Shown: piece by piece, positions 1 to 8,954 of the stretch
Numbering within the stretch: position 1 is the first letter of the stretch
Layout of the letters: every line of letters starts with the position of its first letter
Origin: a virus
Lineage: Duplodnaviria; Caudoviricetes
Length of the DNA stretch: 39,072 bases
Direction: 5' to 3' (one strand)
Virus record (IMG/VR): IMGVR_UViG_3300048998_000060
Coordinates: 1 to 39,072 of that record
Translations under genes and position numbers: made by a program
Notes under the pieces: generated by a model
The model's input: the letters and a program-made list of their open reading frames with translations, nothing else
What the model was told of the DNA's origin: nothing
The model's database searches: none

Positions 1-80
1 ATGAGGGCTACGTAACCTCTGACGACCTCACCAACGATGGCGATGCTCTGATCCACCTTCTGCGCGGACTGTTCAAATGA
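1..80 (+). CDS. C-terminal fragment of upstream gene, probably a first ParB-like protein (partial)
   Basis: Frame 3 reads EGYVTSDDLTNDGDALIHLLRGLFK* to TGA at 78-80, overlapping the next ATG (ATGA). The tail resembles the C-terminus of ParB-like proteins found beside ABC-ATPase genes in SSU5-like phages (recalled). Confidence 0.5.
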   Translation, partial: EGYVTSDDLTNDGDALIHLLRGLFK

Positions 81-247
81 CAGAGCCCAACAAAGGGCCT
101 GCTGGCCCAAGCGCAGAGAAGGCTCGGGAAGACTTGATCGAGCGCGCAGTCAAGAAGGCTCGCCAGGAACGTCCGGTTCGTAGCATGAACCCAGACCGTG
201 ACTTCTCCTGGGAAAACACTGATTTTGGGGACCACGAAAATGACTGA
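77..247 (+). CDS. small hypothetical protein (56 aa)
   Basis: ATG at 77 overlaps the upstream TGA. Reads MTEPNKGPAGPSAEKAREDLIERAVKKARQERPVRSMNPDRDFSWENTDFGDHEND*. Its stop overlaps the ParB ATG at 240. Not in the ORF track (too short). Confidence 0.6.
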   Translation: MTEPNKGPAGPSAEKAREDLIERAVKKARQERPVRSMNPDRDFSWENTDFGDHEND

Positions 248-929
248 CATCAAGAAAGTAGACGAGACCTGGGACATCGACAAACTGGTCCCGTACGCCA
301 TGAACAGCAAGAAGCACGAGCCGAAGCAAGTGGCCAAGATCGCAGCGTCGATCGCCAAATTTGGCTGGACTACCCGGATCGTTGTTGAGCCCGACGGCAC
401 TATCATCGCGGGTCACGGCCGGCGTCTTGCTGCTATCGACCTGCTGCAAGAAAAGGTTCCGGTGACAGTCCTGAAGGGCATCACCAAAGATCAGGCGAAA
501 GCTCTGCGCTTGATCGACAACAAGACCAACGAAGGTGGTCACGACACCGGGCTGCTCAGCCAAGAGCTGAAGGAGTTGGTGCTCGATGACGGATTCAACA
601 TGGGTGACTGGTTCGACACTCGTGACCTGAACTTCGCAATCGAAGACCTGGGCGATATCGATCTTGGCAGCTTGTCTGAAGACATCGGCCCTGAAGTGTC
701 CGCACAGACCAGTCGTACCGAAGAGCAGATCGAGACCACCGACGAGAACGATGTGTCGATGACCAAAGCGATGGGCATCACGAAGATCACTGGCAGCCAA
801 GCCCGGGAGCTGAAGCGTCACATCGGTCATGCTCAAGATGTCTATCAGTGTGACGCGGCTACCGCTCTTCTGATGGCTCTCGAAGACTGGTCCAAAACTC
901 AAACCATCGAACTGGATGACGGAAAATGA
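240..929 (+). CDS. ParB/Srx N-terminal domain protein
   Basis: Motifs LVPYAMNSKKH...IAASIAKFGW...IIAGHGRRLAA...LRLIDNK, typical of phage ParB-like nuclease domains. ATG at 240 preferred over GTG 198 (GGGGAC upstream, overlap coupling). Confidence 0.85.
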   Translation: MTDIKKVDETWDIDKLVPYAMNSKKHEPKQVAKIAASIAKFGWTTRIVVEPDGTIIAGHGRRLAAIDLLQEKVPVTVLKGITKDQAKALRLIDNKTNEGGHDTGLLSQELKELVLDDGFNMGDWFDTRDLNFAIEDLGDIDLGSLSEDIGPEVSAQTSRTEEQIETTDENDVSMTKAMGITKITGSQARELKRHIGHAQDVYQCDAATALLMALEDWSKTQTIELDDGK

Positions 930-1564
930 CCAAGTATGTCGTGAACAAGACGTTCCCCAGCAAGGTAGTCCGCAGCGCTCGCGTTCTGGAAGTCGCTGAG
1001 GCTTTCGGCCTGGGCCTGGAAGACAAAGAATTCACCGTCTACAAAGACTTCGAAATCGAGGTCAACCAGGGCGACGTGGTTTATATCACTGGTCAATCCG
1101 GGTCGGGTAAGTCTCTGCTGCTGAAAGACCTGGCCCGGCAGATCGCACTGACTGAACAGGTCGCTGACCTGGACTCGGTAGCCTACAAAGATGTGCCTCT
1201 GATCGACCAGATCGGTAGCAACACCGATGAAGCCATCCAGATTCTGTCGATGGCCGGACTCAACGATGCCTATCTGTTCGTTCGCAAGCCGTCTGAGCTG
1301 TCTGACGGTCAGCGATACCGTTTCAAGATCGCTCTGCTGATGCACTCAGGCTGCAAGGTGTGGGTAGCGGACGAGTTCGGGGCTGTGCTGGATCGCGTAA
1401 CTGCGAAGGTTGTGGCGTTCAGTCTGCGCAAGCAGGCAGCAAAAGTGGGCGCTACAGTCATTGTGGCAACCACTCACAAAGACCTTCGTGACGAATTGGC
1501 GCCCACTGTCTACGTGGACAAGCGCTTCAAGGACAAAATCAACGTAGAGGTAGCGCCAGCATGA
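926..1564 (+). CDS. stand-alone ABC-type ATPase
   Basis: Walker A GQSGSGKS, signature LSDGQ, Walker B VWVADE, H-loop TTH. No permease gene nearby. Confidence 0.9.
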   Translation: MTKYVVNKTFPSKVVRSARVLEVAEAFGLGLEDKEFTVYKDFEIEVNQGDVVYITGQSGSGKSLLLKDLARQIALTEQVADLDSVAYKDVPLIDQIGSNTDEAIQILSMAGLNDAYLFVRKPSELSDGQRYRFKIALLMHSGCKVWVADEFGAVLDRVTAKVVAFSLRKQAAKVGATVIVATTHKDLRDELAPTVYVDKRFKDKINVEVAPA

Positions 1565-1896
1565 GCGAATTGATCGAGGTGAACTTCAAGAACGGCACGA
1601 TCATGAACCGTCGGGACCTGGAGAAGCAGCCTGAAGCGCCAAAGATTCAGAAGGACGAGCACTTTCAAGCCATGGTTCGAGGCATGAAAGCAGGCGCTGA
1701 AGCGATGCAGAAAGCTGGCGGTGACTGGCGGCGCATGATGATCGTCTTCCACGACGATGTTAAAGGCGTCAACCACTGCTACACGGTCTGGAACAACCAA
1801 ATCTTTCAGTCCGCTGAAGCTCTGGAAATGCTTCATGAGGCCCACGATCGTGTGATGGCCGATATGGTAGGGGTTGAGCCTCATGATCCAGTCTGA
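1561..1896 (+). CDS. hypothetical protein
   Basis: 111 aa, ATGA overlap with the ATPase stop, RBS-like GAGGT upstream. Confidence 0.75.
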   Translation: MSELIEVNFKNGTIMNRRDLEKQPEAPKIQKDEHFQAMVRGMKAGAEAMQKAGGDWRRMMIVFHDDVKGVNHCYTVWNNQIFQSAEALEMLHEAHDRVMADMVGVEPHDPV

Positions 1897-2764
1897 GTGG
1901 GAAGATGTCATCGAGTACAACCCGGCCGCCAAGCCGCGGTTCTCGCTGTGCGATGGGATGGTTGTCGAGCCTGGTACCAAAGCTGACTGGGATCAGCTTC
2001 ACGACCTTCACTACAAGGCTGAGAATCTGCCCGCCGGCCCGCGGTACTGGCGTTGTGTGACTGCTGATGGTGATCTTGTGGGCATCGTCGTGCTCTCCAC
2101 GGTGAGCCTGCTGTTGGCTCCTCGTCACCAGGTCTTCCCGAAACTGAAGCCTGGGCAGGACAGTCACTTCACCAACGTACACCGGGCTACGTTCTTGAAC
2201 GCCAACTTCAAGCGTGCAGCCAGGATTGTGACGGACACGATGTACCGCGGTATCGGTGTTGCGTACCGGATGGTCAACCTTGCGATGCGAATGGAGGGGA
2301 AACGGTTCATCGAGATTCAGTCTTCGATGTCCAAGTTCAACCCGTTCGATATCAAGGCTGGCTTCAAGCACGCCCATTTGAAACCTGCCGCAGCCTACGA
2401 GCAAGGCTTGAAGTTCATGCGGTCGCAGTTCAAAGCTCACCCAGCGGATCATCAGGCGGTCATGGAGGAACTGAATAGCTTCTCCCCTACTCACAGAACC
2501 CGTGTGATGACAGCGATGCAAGAGTTCTACTACCGTCACAGCGCACGCGAGAAGACGGGTTCGAACCTCAACGCGGGTACGGGCAAGGTTCAAGGGATGG
2601 CTGCGTCACACCTGCTCAGGGAGCTTCAGCAGCTTGTGTTCGCCAGCCCAGTTTACGGAATCTGGACGAACCCAGACCTGGGGAAAAAGATTCCACAACG
2701 CTTACCACTCCGGGCTTTCGATTTGCAGGGTCCGAACGAACCATTGAGGTTGGATTTGCTATGA
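1883..2764 (+). CDS. GNAT-fold (Mom-like) acetyltransferase associated with the ABC ATPase
   Basis: N-terminal LHY motif and acetyl-CoA-binding motif A RIVTDTMYRGIGVA. ATG 1883 has GGTAGGGG upstream. Confidence 0.7.
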   Translation: MIQSEWEDVIEYNPAAKPRFSLCDGMVVEPGTKADWDQLHDLHYKAENLPAGPRYWRCVTADGDLVGIVVLSTVSLLLAPRHQVFPKLKPGQDSHFTNVHRATFLNANFKRAARIVTDTMYRGIGVAYRMVNLAMRMEGKRFIEIQSSMSKFNPFDIKAGFKHAHLKPAAAYEQGLKFMRSQFKAHPADHQAVMEELNSFSPTHRTRVMTAMQEFYYRHSAREKTGSNLNAGTGKVQGMAASHLLRELQQLVFASPVYGIWTNPDLGKKIPQRLPLRAFDLQGPNEPLRLDLL

Positions 2765-3105
2765 AACCGATGACTACGAAACAGCGCCACATCATGAAGA
2801 TTGTGGTGATGGGGAACCTGGACGTGACCGGTGCCAGAGAATCCAACGTCGATGTGTATCAGGTGATGAACCGGATTCCATACGACACGACCCGGGAGTC
2901 CATGATGTGTAGTCTTGGAATCCTGGAGAAGCAAGGTTGGTTGGTGAAAGCAGGAAAAGAAATCCGAGATGGTCGAATGAAGCAGACTTTGGAACCTACT
3001 GCTGCTGCTATCCGGGTTATCTCTCCTCCGAAACCTGTTAAAGCACCGGAGTATGAAGAGATTGAGTTGGACGATGATGACATTGTTTTGTTGGAACTGA
3101 ACTGA
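2761..3105 (+). CDS. putative winged-helix DNA-binding protein
   Basis: MTTKQRHIMKIV...TRESMMCSLGILEKQGWLVK pattern (MarR-like wHTH) with an acidic tail. ATGA overlap. Confidence 0.65.
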   Translation: MKPMTTKQRHIMKIVVMGNLDVTGARESNVDVYQVMNRIPYDTTRESMMCSLGILEKQGWLVKAGKEIRDGRMKQTLEPTAAAIRVISPPKPVKAPEYEEIELDDDDIVLLELN

Positions 3106-3193
3106 TCCGGTGTGCCTGCTTTTCCCTTCTTTAAGCTTCTTCTTGTTTCTTACAAGTTGTTAAGAGGGACAAGCAGTATATTCACACCGGTCA
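3103..3193. repeat. long imperfect inverted repeat / hairpin in AT-rich intergenic region
   Basis: Nested arms: CCGGTGTG (3107-3114) / CACACCGG (3183-3190), CTGCTT/AAGCAG, TCCCT/AGGGA, TTAA/TTAA, CTTGT/ACAAG. Confidence 0.75.
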
Positions 3194-3241
3194 AGTATTA
3201 TTGCAATAAGGCAGTGTTAACTACCTGAAAAATCGAGCGTG

Positions 3242-3270
3242 TTGACTTTTCAAGGATCATCCGGTCCAAT
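3242..3270 (+). promoter_or_regulatory. possible sigma70-like promoter upstream of terS
   Basis: TTGACT-17 nt-TCCAAT; the -10 element is weak. Confidence 0.3.
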
Positions 3271-3296
3271 GATGGCGCTTGTGAGTCGTTCCATGA

Positions 3297-3319
3297 AGCG
3301 GGTTTCGGCCCGCTATTTT
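3297..3319 (+). terminator. hairpin with UUCG loop and short U tract just upstream of terS
   Basis: AGCGGGT-TTCG-GCCCGCT followed by ATTTT. Confidence 0.5.
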
Positions 3320-3332
3320 CAAGACGGATGCT

Positions 3333-4043
3333 ATGACTGAACCTACTGTGACACCTGCCGCAGCACCCGAAGAAGACAAGTCCAAACGTCTGACTGGACG
3401 GGAGTATGCCCGGGCCAAGACGATGTGGACTTCAGGGGACTACAGCCTCAAAGAGATTTCCGATACCGTCGGCGTCAGTGGCACTGCCCTGAGTCGCCGG
3501 TTCAAACGCGACAGCGTATCCAAAGGCAGCGATGCCAAGAAGGTATCTGCCGCGGTAAAACGTGCCATCGAGAAGACCAGTGCTGCGCAAGCAGAGGAAT
3601 TGGCCTCGACTGCCCACGACATCAAGATGATTGCCTTGAAATCCCTGGAGCTGTTCAACAAGAAGGCATACGCCGACGTTGTTCAAGCGATCAAGGACAA
3701 GACTCCCCTTGCCGATCGGCTCAATGATCTGAAGGCTCTCAACGAAGCCTCCAAGATCATCGCGCTCAATTACGGCACCGGTGCTCGTATCCTGGGTCTC
3801 GACCAGGCTCTCAATCCAGACGAATCCCTGCCGGAACTCCAGATTCACATCATGACCGAAAACGATGTGGCTGAGCTCCGCGAACAACAACGTCGTGAAG
3901 AAGCCGAAGCAAACGGTGAAATCGACGATGACGATCTTCTGGGGACCGAACTGAGCCCGGATGATCTGGATGCTCTCGACGAAGCACTTGATGCCGTCGA
4001 AGATGACATCGTGGTTGAAGGTGACGAGCCGGCGGTGACCTGA
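3333..4043 (+). CDS. terS: terminase small subunit
   Basis: N-terminal HTH (SLKEISDTVGVSGTALSRRFK), helical oligomerisation region, acidic tail. Directly upstream of terL with TGATG overlap. Confidence 0.8.
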   Translation: MTEPTVTPAAAPEEDKSKRLTGREYARAKTMWTSGDYSLKEISDTVGVSGTALSRRFKRDSVSKGSDAKKVSAAVKRAIEKTSAAQAEELASTAHDIKMIALKSLELFNKKAYADVVQAIKDKTPLADRLNDLKALNEASKIIALNYGTGARILGLDQALNPDESLPELQIHIMTENDVAELREQQRREEAEANGEIDDDDLLGTELSPDDLDALDEALDAVEDDIVVEGDEPAVT

Positions 4044-5311
4044 TGAAGATCAAGAGCACCTCGGTAGTCACACCAACCACGCAGCCAAAAATTGGTCTAC
4101 ACCCAAAGCAGTCCGAGGTTTTTCTCGATACGACTCGCTTTCGGGTTGTGGTCGCCGGCCGCCGCTGGGGTAAGACTGCGCTCGCCAAGACAGAGATGAT
4201 CCAGCGAGCCAAGTTGCCTGGGCTCAAGATTTGGTACATCGCCCCGACCTATCGGATGGCGAAGCAGATCATGTGGAACGACTTGAAGGCTTCGATCCCG
4301 CGGAAGTGGATTCTCCGTGAGCACGAAACCGAGATGTCGATCACCCTGCGAAATGGGACCATCATCGAGTGCAAGGGTGCTGACAACCCAGACACACTCC
4401 GAGGTGTTGGTCTGAACTTCGTAGTCATGGACGAATTCCAAGACATTCGACCAGATACCTGGACCACGATCATTCGACCTACTCTGGCGAAAGACCGCGG
4501 TGAAGCTCTGTTCATCGGTACACCCAAAGCCTACAACCAGTTGTACGAGGTGTATCAGTTCGGCCAGGACCCTCTGCGCAAAGCGTGGAGCTCCTATCAG
4601 TTCCCAACCATCACGTCTCCGTTCATTCCCGAGTCAGAAATCATCGAAGCTCGGCGAGACATGGACCCTCGCACGTTCAGACAGGAGTTTGAGGCGTCCT
4701 TCGAGACAATGAGTGGACGAGTCTACTACCCGTTCGATCGGCGCGAACACTGCGATCCCGCAGTCAAGTTCAATGCCGGCCGACCTATCTTCGTGGGCGT
4801 CGACTTCAACATCGACCCAATGTCCGCGTGCATCATGCAGCCTCAAACAAACGGTGAGCTGTGGGTCATCGACGAGATTTTCCTGCACAACTCGAACACC
4901 CTTGAAGTGTGCGAAGAGCTGGAGAAACGGTATTGGCGTTATATGAGCCAGATCACGATCTTCCCTGACCCGGCTGGCGCTGCACGTCAACATGCCCGCG
5001 GTGAGTCTGACCTTGAAATCTTTCGTCAGAAGGGATTCAACAGGATCAAGTTTCGTCGCAAGCACCCATTGATTGCTGACCGAGTGAACGCCGTGAACCG
5101 TCTGTTGAAAGATGCGGCTGGCAAAGTGACTCTGAAGGTAGCTCCTGGTTGCACGAACGTTGTTCAATCCCTGGAGCAAACTCTGTACATCCCGGGCAGC
5201 CGTGACATCGACAAGAAGGCTTCGATGGAGCACATCACTGACGCCATGGGTTACTGTGTAGAGCTGGAACACCCGGTCAAGAAGATTGTTCTGTATGGAC
5301 ATTCGCTGTAA
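4043..5311 (+). CDS. terL: terminase large subunit
   Basis: LHPKQ adenine motif, Walker A AGRRWGKT, Walker B VVMDE, motif III GTP, RNase H-like GVDFN and HITDAMGY. Confidence 0.95.
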   Translation: MKIKSTSVVTPTTQPKIGLHPKQSEVFLDTTRFRVVVAGRRWGKTALAKTEMIQRAKLPGLKIWYIAPTYRMAKQIMWNDLKASIPRKWILREHETEMSITLRNGTIIECKGADNPDTLRGVGLNFVVMDEFQDIRPDTWTTIIRPTLAKDRGEALFIGTPKAYNQLYEVYQFGQDPLRKAWSSYQFPTITSPFIPESEIIEARRDMDPRTFRQEFEASFETMSGRVYYPFDRREHCDPAVKFNAGRPIFVGVDFNIDPMSACIMQPQTNGELWVIDEIFLHNSNTLEVCEELEKRYWRYMSQITIFPDPAGAARQHARGESDLEIFRQKGFNRIKFRRKHPLIADRVNAVNRLLKDAAGKVTLKVAPGCTNVVQSLEQTLYIPGSRDIDKKASMEHITDAMGYCVELEHPVKKIVLYGHSL

Positions 5312-5374
5312 AAACGCTTGCACATTGGCGAACACGTCCATTAACATAGTCGACATTCAAAAGTGGATACTCCA

Positions 5375-6973
5375 ATGCCAATCGACACCAAACAGGCCAA
5401 GGCCATCGTTGATCGCAAGCATCCTCTCTACGGGGAGCTGCTGCCGCATTGGGATTTCCTTGAAGCAAGTTACCGCGGTGGTCGTGCATGGTTCCGAGAC
5501 AACATCTTCCGCTACATCAAAGAAGGTGATATCGAGTACCGCGACCGAGTATGTCGGGCTTATCGCTTCAACCACACTCGTGAAACAGTGGACCTGGTAA
5601 ACAAGTACCTGTTTCGGGCAACGATCAACCGCAAGGTTGAAGACGCGCCCAAATCCGTTCAAGCGTTCTGGAAGAAAGTCGACAGTACTGGTCTGGACAT
5701 CGACGAGTTCATGCGGGTTGTCTCGCTGAAGCAGTCGATCTTCGGCCGCCCATGGATCGTCATCGACAACCGTGTGACTGCTGAAGACCTGGCTGAAGAC
5801 GCATCTGAAGCAGATGTGCCTGAACCAGAACTCTACGCCTACATCGTTCCGCCGCAGCAAGTTCCCGATTACGCATTCGACGAAGCCGGTGAGCTGTTGT
5901 GGGTTCTGATCGAAGAGCACATTCGTGATGACGCCGACCCAATCAATGGCTCGGGCAACATTCACTGTCGCTACCGTCTCTGGACTCGTGAGTACTGGTT
6001 GCTGATCGAGTTCGTCAAAGGCGACGAGAAGAGCGACGGTGAGTGGGTTCAGACCGACTTCGGTATTCACGACCTGGGTATGGTCCCGGTCATTCCAGCA
6101 AACAACGCCATCGGCAGTGACAAGTGGGATTGCCCAGCACTGATCGCTGACGTTGCGTATCTGGACCGCGCAGTTTCGAACTACGCCTCGAATCTCGATG
6201 CGATCATTCAGGACCAAGCATTCAGCCAATTGGCTATGCCGGCCCAGGGTGTTCTCCCAGGTGACGATGCGTACAACAAGGTTCTGGAGATGGGCACCAA
6301 GCGCGTGTTCCTCTACGATGGCGAAGGCGGTTCCGCACCAGTCTTCTTGTCACCGGACCCAAGACAAGCTACATTGATCCTGGCTGCGATCAGCCAACTG
6401 ATCAACGAGATTTATCACTCTGTAGGGCTTGCTGGTGAACGTACCAAGCAAGACAACTCTCAGGGGATCGACAACAGCTCCGGTGTTGCAAAGACCATGG
6501 ACTTCGAGCGCGTAGTAGCGCTGCTCAGTGCCAAGGCCGATGCTCTCGAAGCGGTTGAGTACAAGATGATAGAGGTGATCTGCGCCTGGCACGGTGAGGA
6601 CTTCCCTGAAGACGCTGGAGATTTGGTCGTGTACCCGATCGAAAGCCAATTCGATGTCCGCACCATGTACGATGAGTTGGACACTGCGATGAAACTGCGA
6701 CTGATGGGTCTCCCACCACTCGTGATCGAAGAGCAAGTGAACCGCCTGGTAGCGAAGTTGTTCCCAGACTTGTCGAAAGACGTTGTAACCAAGATCAAAG
6801 CTGAAGTGAAGTCCTGGTCCACTGAGCCGACAGAGCAAGAGAAAGCTGCTGCGGCTACATCCGGGACAACCGCTGCCAGCAAAACTGTAGAGGAAGCCAA
6901 GCGTAATCGCTCCGACGCCTCTCAGAAGAAAAGTGATACCCAAAGCCGAGAGACCGGCAAAACCAATGGCTAA
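5375..6973 (+). CDS. portal protein
   Basis: 532 aa directly after terL, with HDLGMVPVI and SGVAKTMDF portal-like motifs. Confidence 0.88.
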   Translation: MPIDTKQAKAIVDRKHPLYGELLPHWDFLEASYRGGRAWFRDNIFRYIKEGDIEYRDRVCRAYRFNHTRETVDLVNKYLFRATINRKVEDAPKSVQAFWKKVDSTGLDIDEFMRVVSLKQSIFGRPWIVIDNRVTAEDLAEDASEADVPEPELYAYIVPPQQVPDYAFDEAGELLWVLIEEHIRDDADPINGSGNIHCRYRLWTREYWLLIEFVKGDEKSDGEWVQTDFGIHDLGMVPVIPANNAIGSDKWDCPALIADVAYLDRAVSNYASNLDAIIQDQAFSQLAMPAQGVLPGDDAYNKVLEMGTKRVFLYDGEGGSAPVFLSPDPRQATLILAAISQLINEIYHSVGLAGERTKQDNSQGIDNSSGVAKTMDFERVVALLSAKADALEAVEYKMIEVICAWHGEDFPEDAGDLVVYPIESQFDVRTMYDELDTAMKLRLMGLPPLVIEEQVNRLVAKLFPDLSKDVVTKIKAEVKSWSTEPTEQEKAAAATSGTTAASKTVEEAKRNRSDASQKKSDTQSRETGKTNG

Positions 6974-6995
6974 GTGAACAGCCAGGAGAAATGAT

Positions 6996-7886
6996 ATGCC
7001 CCGTAATCTTTTCAAGCTCTTAGGTCGTGCTGGCGTTTATCTCGAAGAAAACAAAGGTGACGGTAATGATCTTGGTGGTGGCGCTGAGCCTACTGCTGAA
7101 GAACTCGCCGCAGCAGAGGCGAAAGCCAAAGCTGATAAAGAGGCCGCAGATGCTGCCGCTTTGTTGGAAGCCGAGAAGAACAAGCAGAACCAAAGTGGCA
7201 CCGGCAAACCCTCTGATGCAGAAGCGAAACTGCTGAAAGAGTTGATGGCACTGAAGGCCAAGCAGAAAGCTGCTGACGACGAACTGAAGGCGTACAAAGA
7301 CGCTGCCGGCGAGTCCAAACCTGAAGAGCTGAAGGCGTTGATCGAAGCGAAGAAAGCCGCTGAGCTGACTGCCCTCGAAAAACGCGGTGAGTACGACCGC
7401 ATCCTGGAGCAAGTGAAGACCGAGCACGCAAAGGCGATCGAAACCCTGACCGCGCAGTTGGCTGAGAAAGAGCTGCTGCTGGGCCAGAAGGACGAGACCC
7501 TGGTGAATTTGACCGTAGGCCGCTCTTTCAGTGAAAGCGCGTTCATCCGCGAACAGTCCCTCCTGCCGGCGAGCATCGCCCGCAAAGAGTTCGGCAACTT
7601 CGTGGACATCGTTGACGGCTCGGCTGTCGTATATGACAAGCCACGCGGCGCAACTGAGCGTACCCCGCTCGTTAATGCCGATGGCAAGCCAAAGTCGTTT
7701 GAAGATGGCATTGCAGCGTTGTATGCTGCACACCCGGACGCCGCTGCGATGATTCGCGCTAAAGGCAAGCCAGGTGCAAATTCGCAGAATGTGGATTTGG
7801 GCGGCAAAAAGCCAGACCAGCAGAACAACGATGCACAGCTGACTGGTGTCGAACGAATCGCGTTGGGTCTGAGCAAGAAAGCGTAA
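6996..7886 (+). CDS. capsid scaffolding protein
   Basis: Charged coiled-coil protein between portal and MCP, with AGGAG RBS. Confidence 0.8.
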   Translation: MPRNLFKLLGRAGVYLEENKGDGNDLGGGAEPTAEELAAAEAKAKADKEAADAAALLEAEKNKQNQSGTGKPSDAEAKLLKELMALKAKQKAADDELKAYKDAAGESKPEELKALIEAKKAAELTALEKRGEYDRILEQVKTEHAKAIETLTAQLAEKELLLGQKDETLVNLTVGRSFSESAFIREQSLLPASIARKEFGNFVDIVDGSAVVYDKPRGATERTPLVNADGKPKSFEDGIAALYAAHPDAAAMIRAKGKPGANSQNVDLGGKKPDQQNNDAQLTGVERIALGLSKKA

Positions 7887-7919
7887 TCAGCGAGGACTTG
7901 AAAAGTCGGGGCTTGCTGA
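7887..7919 (+). other. intergenic RNA hairpin between scaffold and MCP
   Basis: TCAGCGAG-GACTT-GAA-AAGTC-GGGG-CTTGCTGA; no U tract. Confidence 0.5.
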
Positions 7920-7962
7920 GACAAGGTAAAGAACCCATTCGTTTTGCTATAGGAGTTTCACC

Positions 7963-8868
7963 ATGCCACTGTTGCGCGCTGTAGCCGAAAAACTCTCCCA
8001 ACAGGAGATGCTGCGCGGCGTTATCGAGGAGATCATCTACCGTGATGACCTGCTCGCGCTGCTCCCTTTCACCCGTACCGACGGCAAGTCGTTGCTGTAC
8101 ATCCGTGAGCTGACCAACAGCGAAGGCGCATTCCTCGACGTCAACGACGTCGTGCCAGAAGGCACCTCGGACGTGCAAGAAGTCGTGACTCGTCTGCGAA
8201 TCATCGCTGGCGACGTTGATGTCGACAAATTCATCGACGAAACCATGAGCGACAAGAACAGCCAGTTGGCTCTTCAGATCGCCATGAAAGCCAAGGGCCT
8301 GGCTACCACCTTCCGCCGCGCACTCGTGCAAGGCAACAGCACTGTCGACACCAAGTCGTTCGACGGCATCGCGAAACTGGTTGCTGATACCGGCAACTTC
8401 TTCGACGCTGGCGTTAACGGTTCGGCTATCAGCCTGTCCATCCTGGACGAACTGATCGACAAGCTGATGGGTCGTCGTCCAGACGCTCTGATGATGCGTA
8501 CCGGTACTCTGCGTGCCCTGCGTGCTCTGTGGCGTGCTGCTGGCGGTAACAACGGCGCCATGCTGCAAATCGACAACTTCGGTCTGTCGGTTCCTCAGCA
8601 CGATGGCATCCCGATCATCCTGAACGACTTCATCCCTGTCGTTGCTCAGGGCACCACTCCAAGCACCTGCTCGGTCTACGCTCTGCGTCTGAACGAAGCT
8701 GATGGCCTGCACGGCCTGTACGGTGGCGAATCTGCTGGTATCCGTGTCGAAGACATCGGCACCGTGCAGAACAAAGACGCGACCCGTACTCGTCTGAAGT
8801 GGTACTGCGGTCTGGCTCTGAAGTCCACCAAATCGCTGGCTGCCGTTCGCGGTATCACCAACGTGTAA
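7963..8868 (+). CDS. major capsid protein (HK97 fold)
   Basis: 301 aa, strong AGGAG RBS, highly biased codons. MPLLRAVAEKLS...GDVDVDKFI...RTRLKWYCGLAL pattern as in SSU5-like MCPs (recalled). Confidence 0.9.
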   Translation: MPLLRAVAEKLSQQEMLRGVIEEIIYRDDLLALLPFTRTDGKSLLYIRELTNSEGAFLDVNDVVPEGTSDVQEVVTRLRIIAGDVDVDKFIDETMSDKNSQLALQIAMKAKGLATTFRRALVQGNSTVDTKSFDGIAKLVADTGNFFDAGVNGSAISLSILDELIDKLMGRRPDALMMRTGTLRALRALWRAAGGNNGAMLQIDNFGLSVPQHDGIPIILNDFIPVVAQGTTPSTCSVYALRLNEADGLHGLYGGESAGIRVEDIGTVQNKDATRTRLKWYCGLALKSTKSLAAVRGITNV

Positions 8869-8896
8869 GGTGGCAGGTTGCCTCGGCAACTGCTAT

Positions 8897-8929
8897 AAAG
8901 GGGGCTCGGGAAACCAAGCCCCCTTTTTT
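8897..8929 (+). terminator. rho-independent terminator after MCP
   Basis: AAAGGGGGCT-CGGGAAACCA-AGCCCCC-TTTTTT. Confidence 0.85.
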
Positions 8930-8954
8930 ACATTCTGAATCTGAGGAACACTGA

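Noticed and set aside
240-929. Plasmid partition ParB
   Set aside because: No parA, no clear HTH and no parS-like repeats nearby; it resembles terminase-associated ParB-like proteins.
926-1564. ABC transporter
   Set aside because: No transmembrane or substrate-binding partner; the context points to a nucleic-acid-related ATPase.
6973-7963. Capsid maturation protease
   Set aside because: No protease motif between portal and MCP; a separate scaffold without protease is a normal P22/SPP1-type arrangement.
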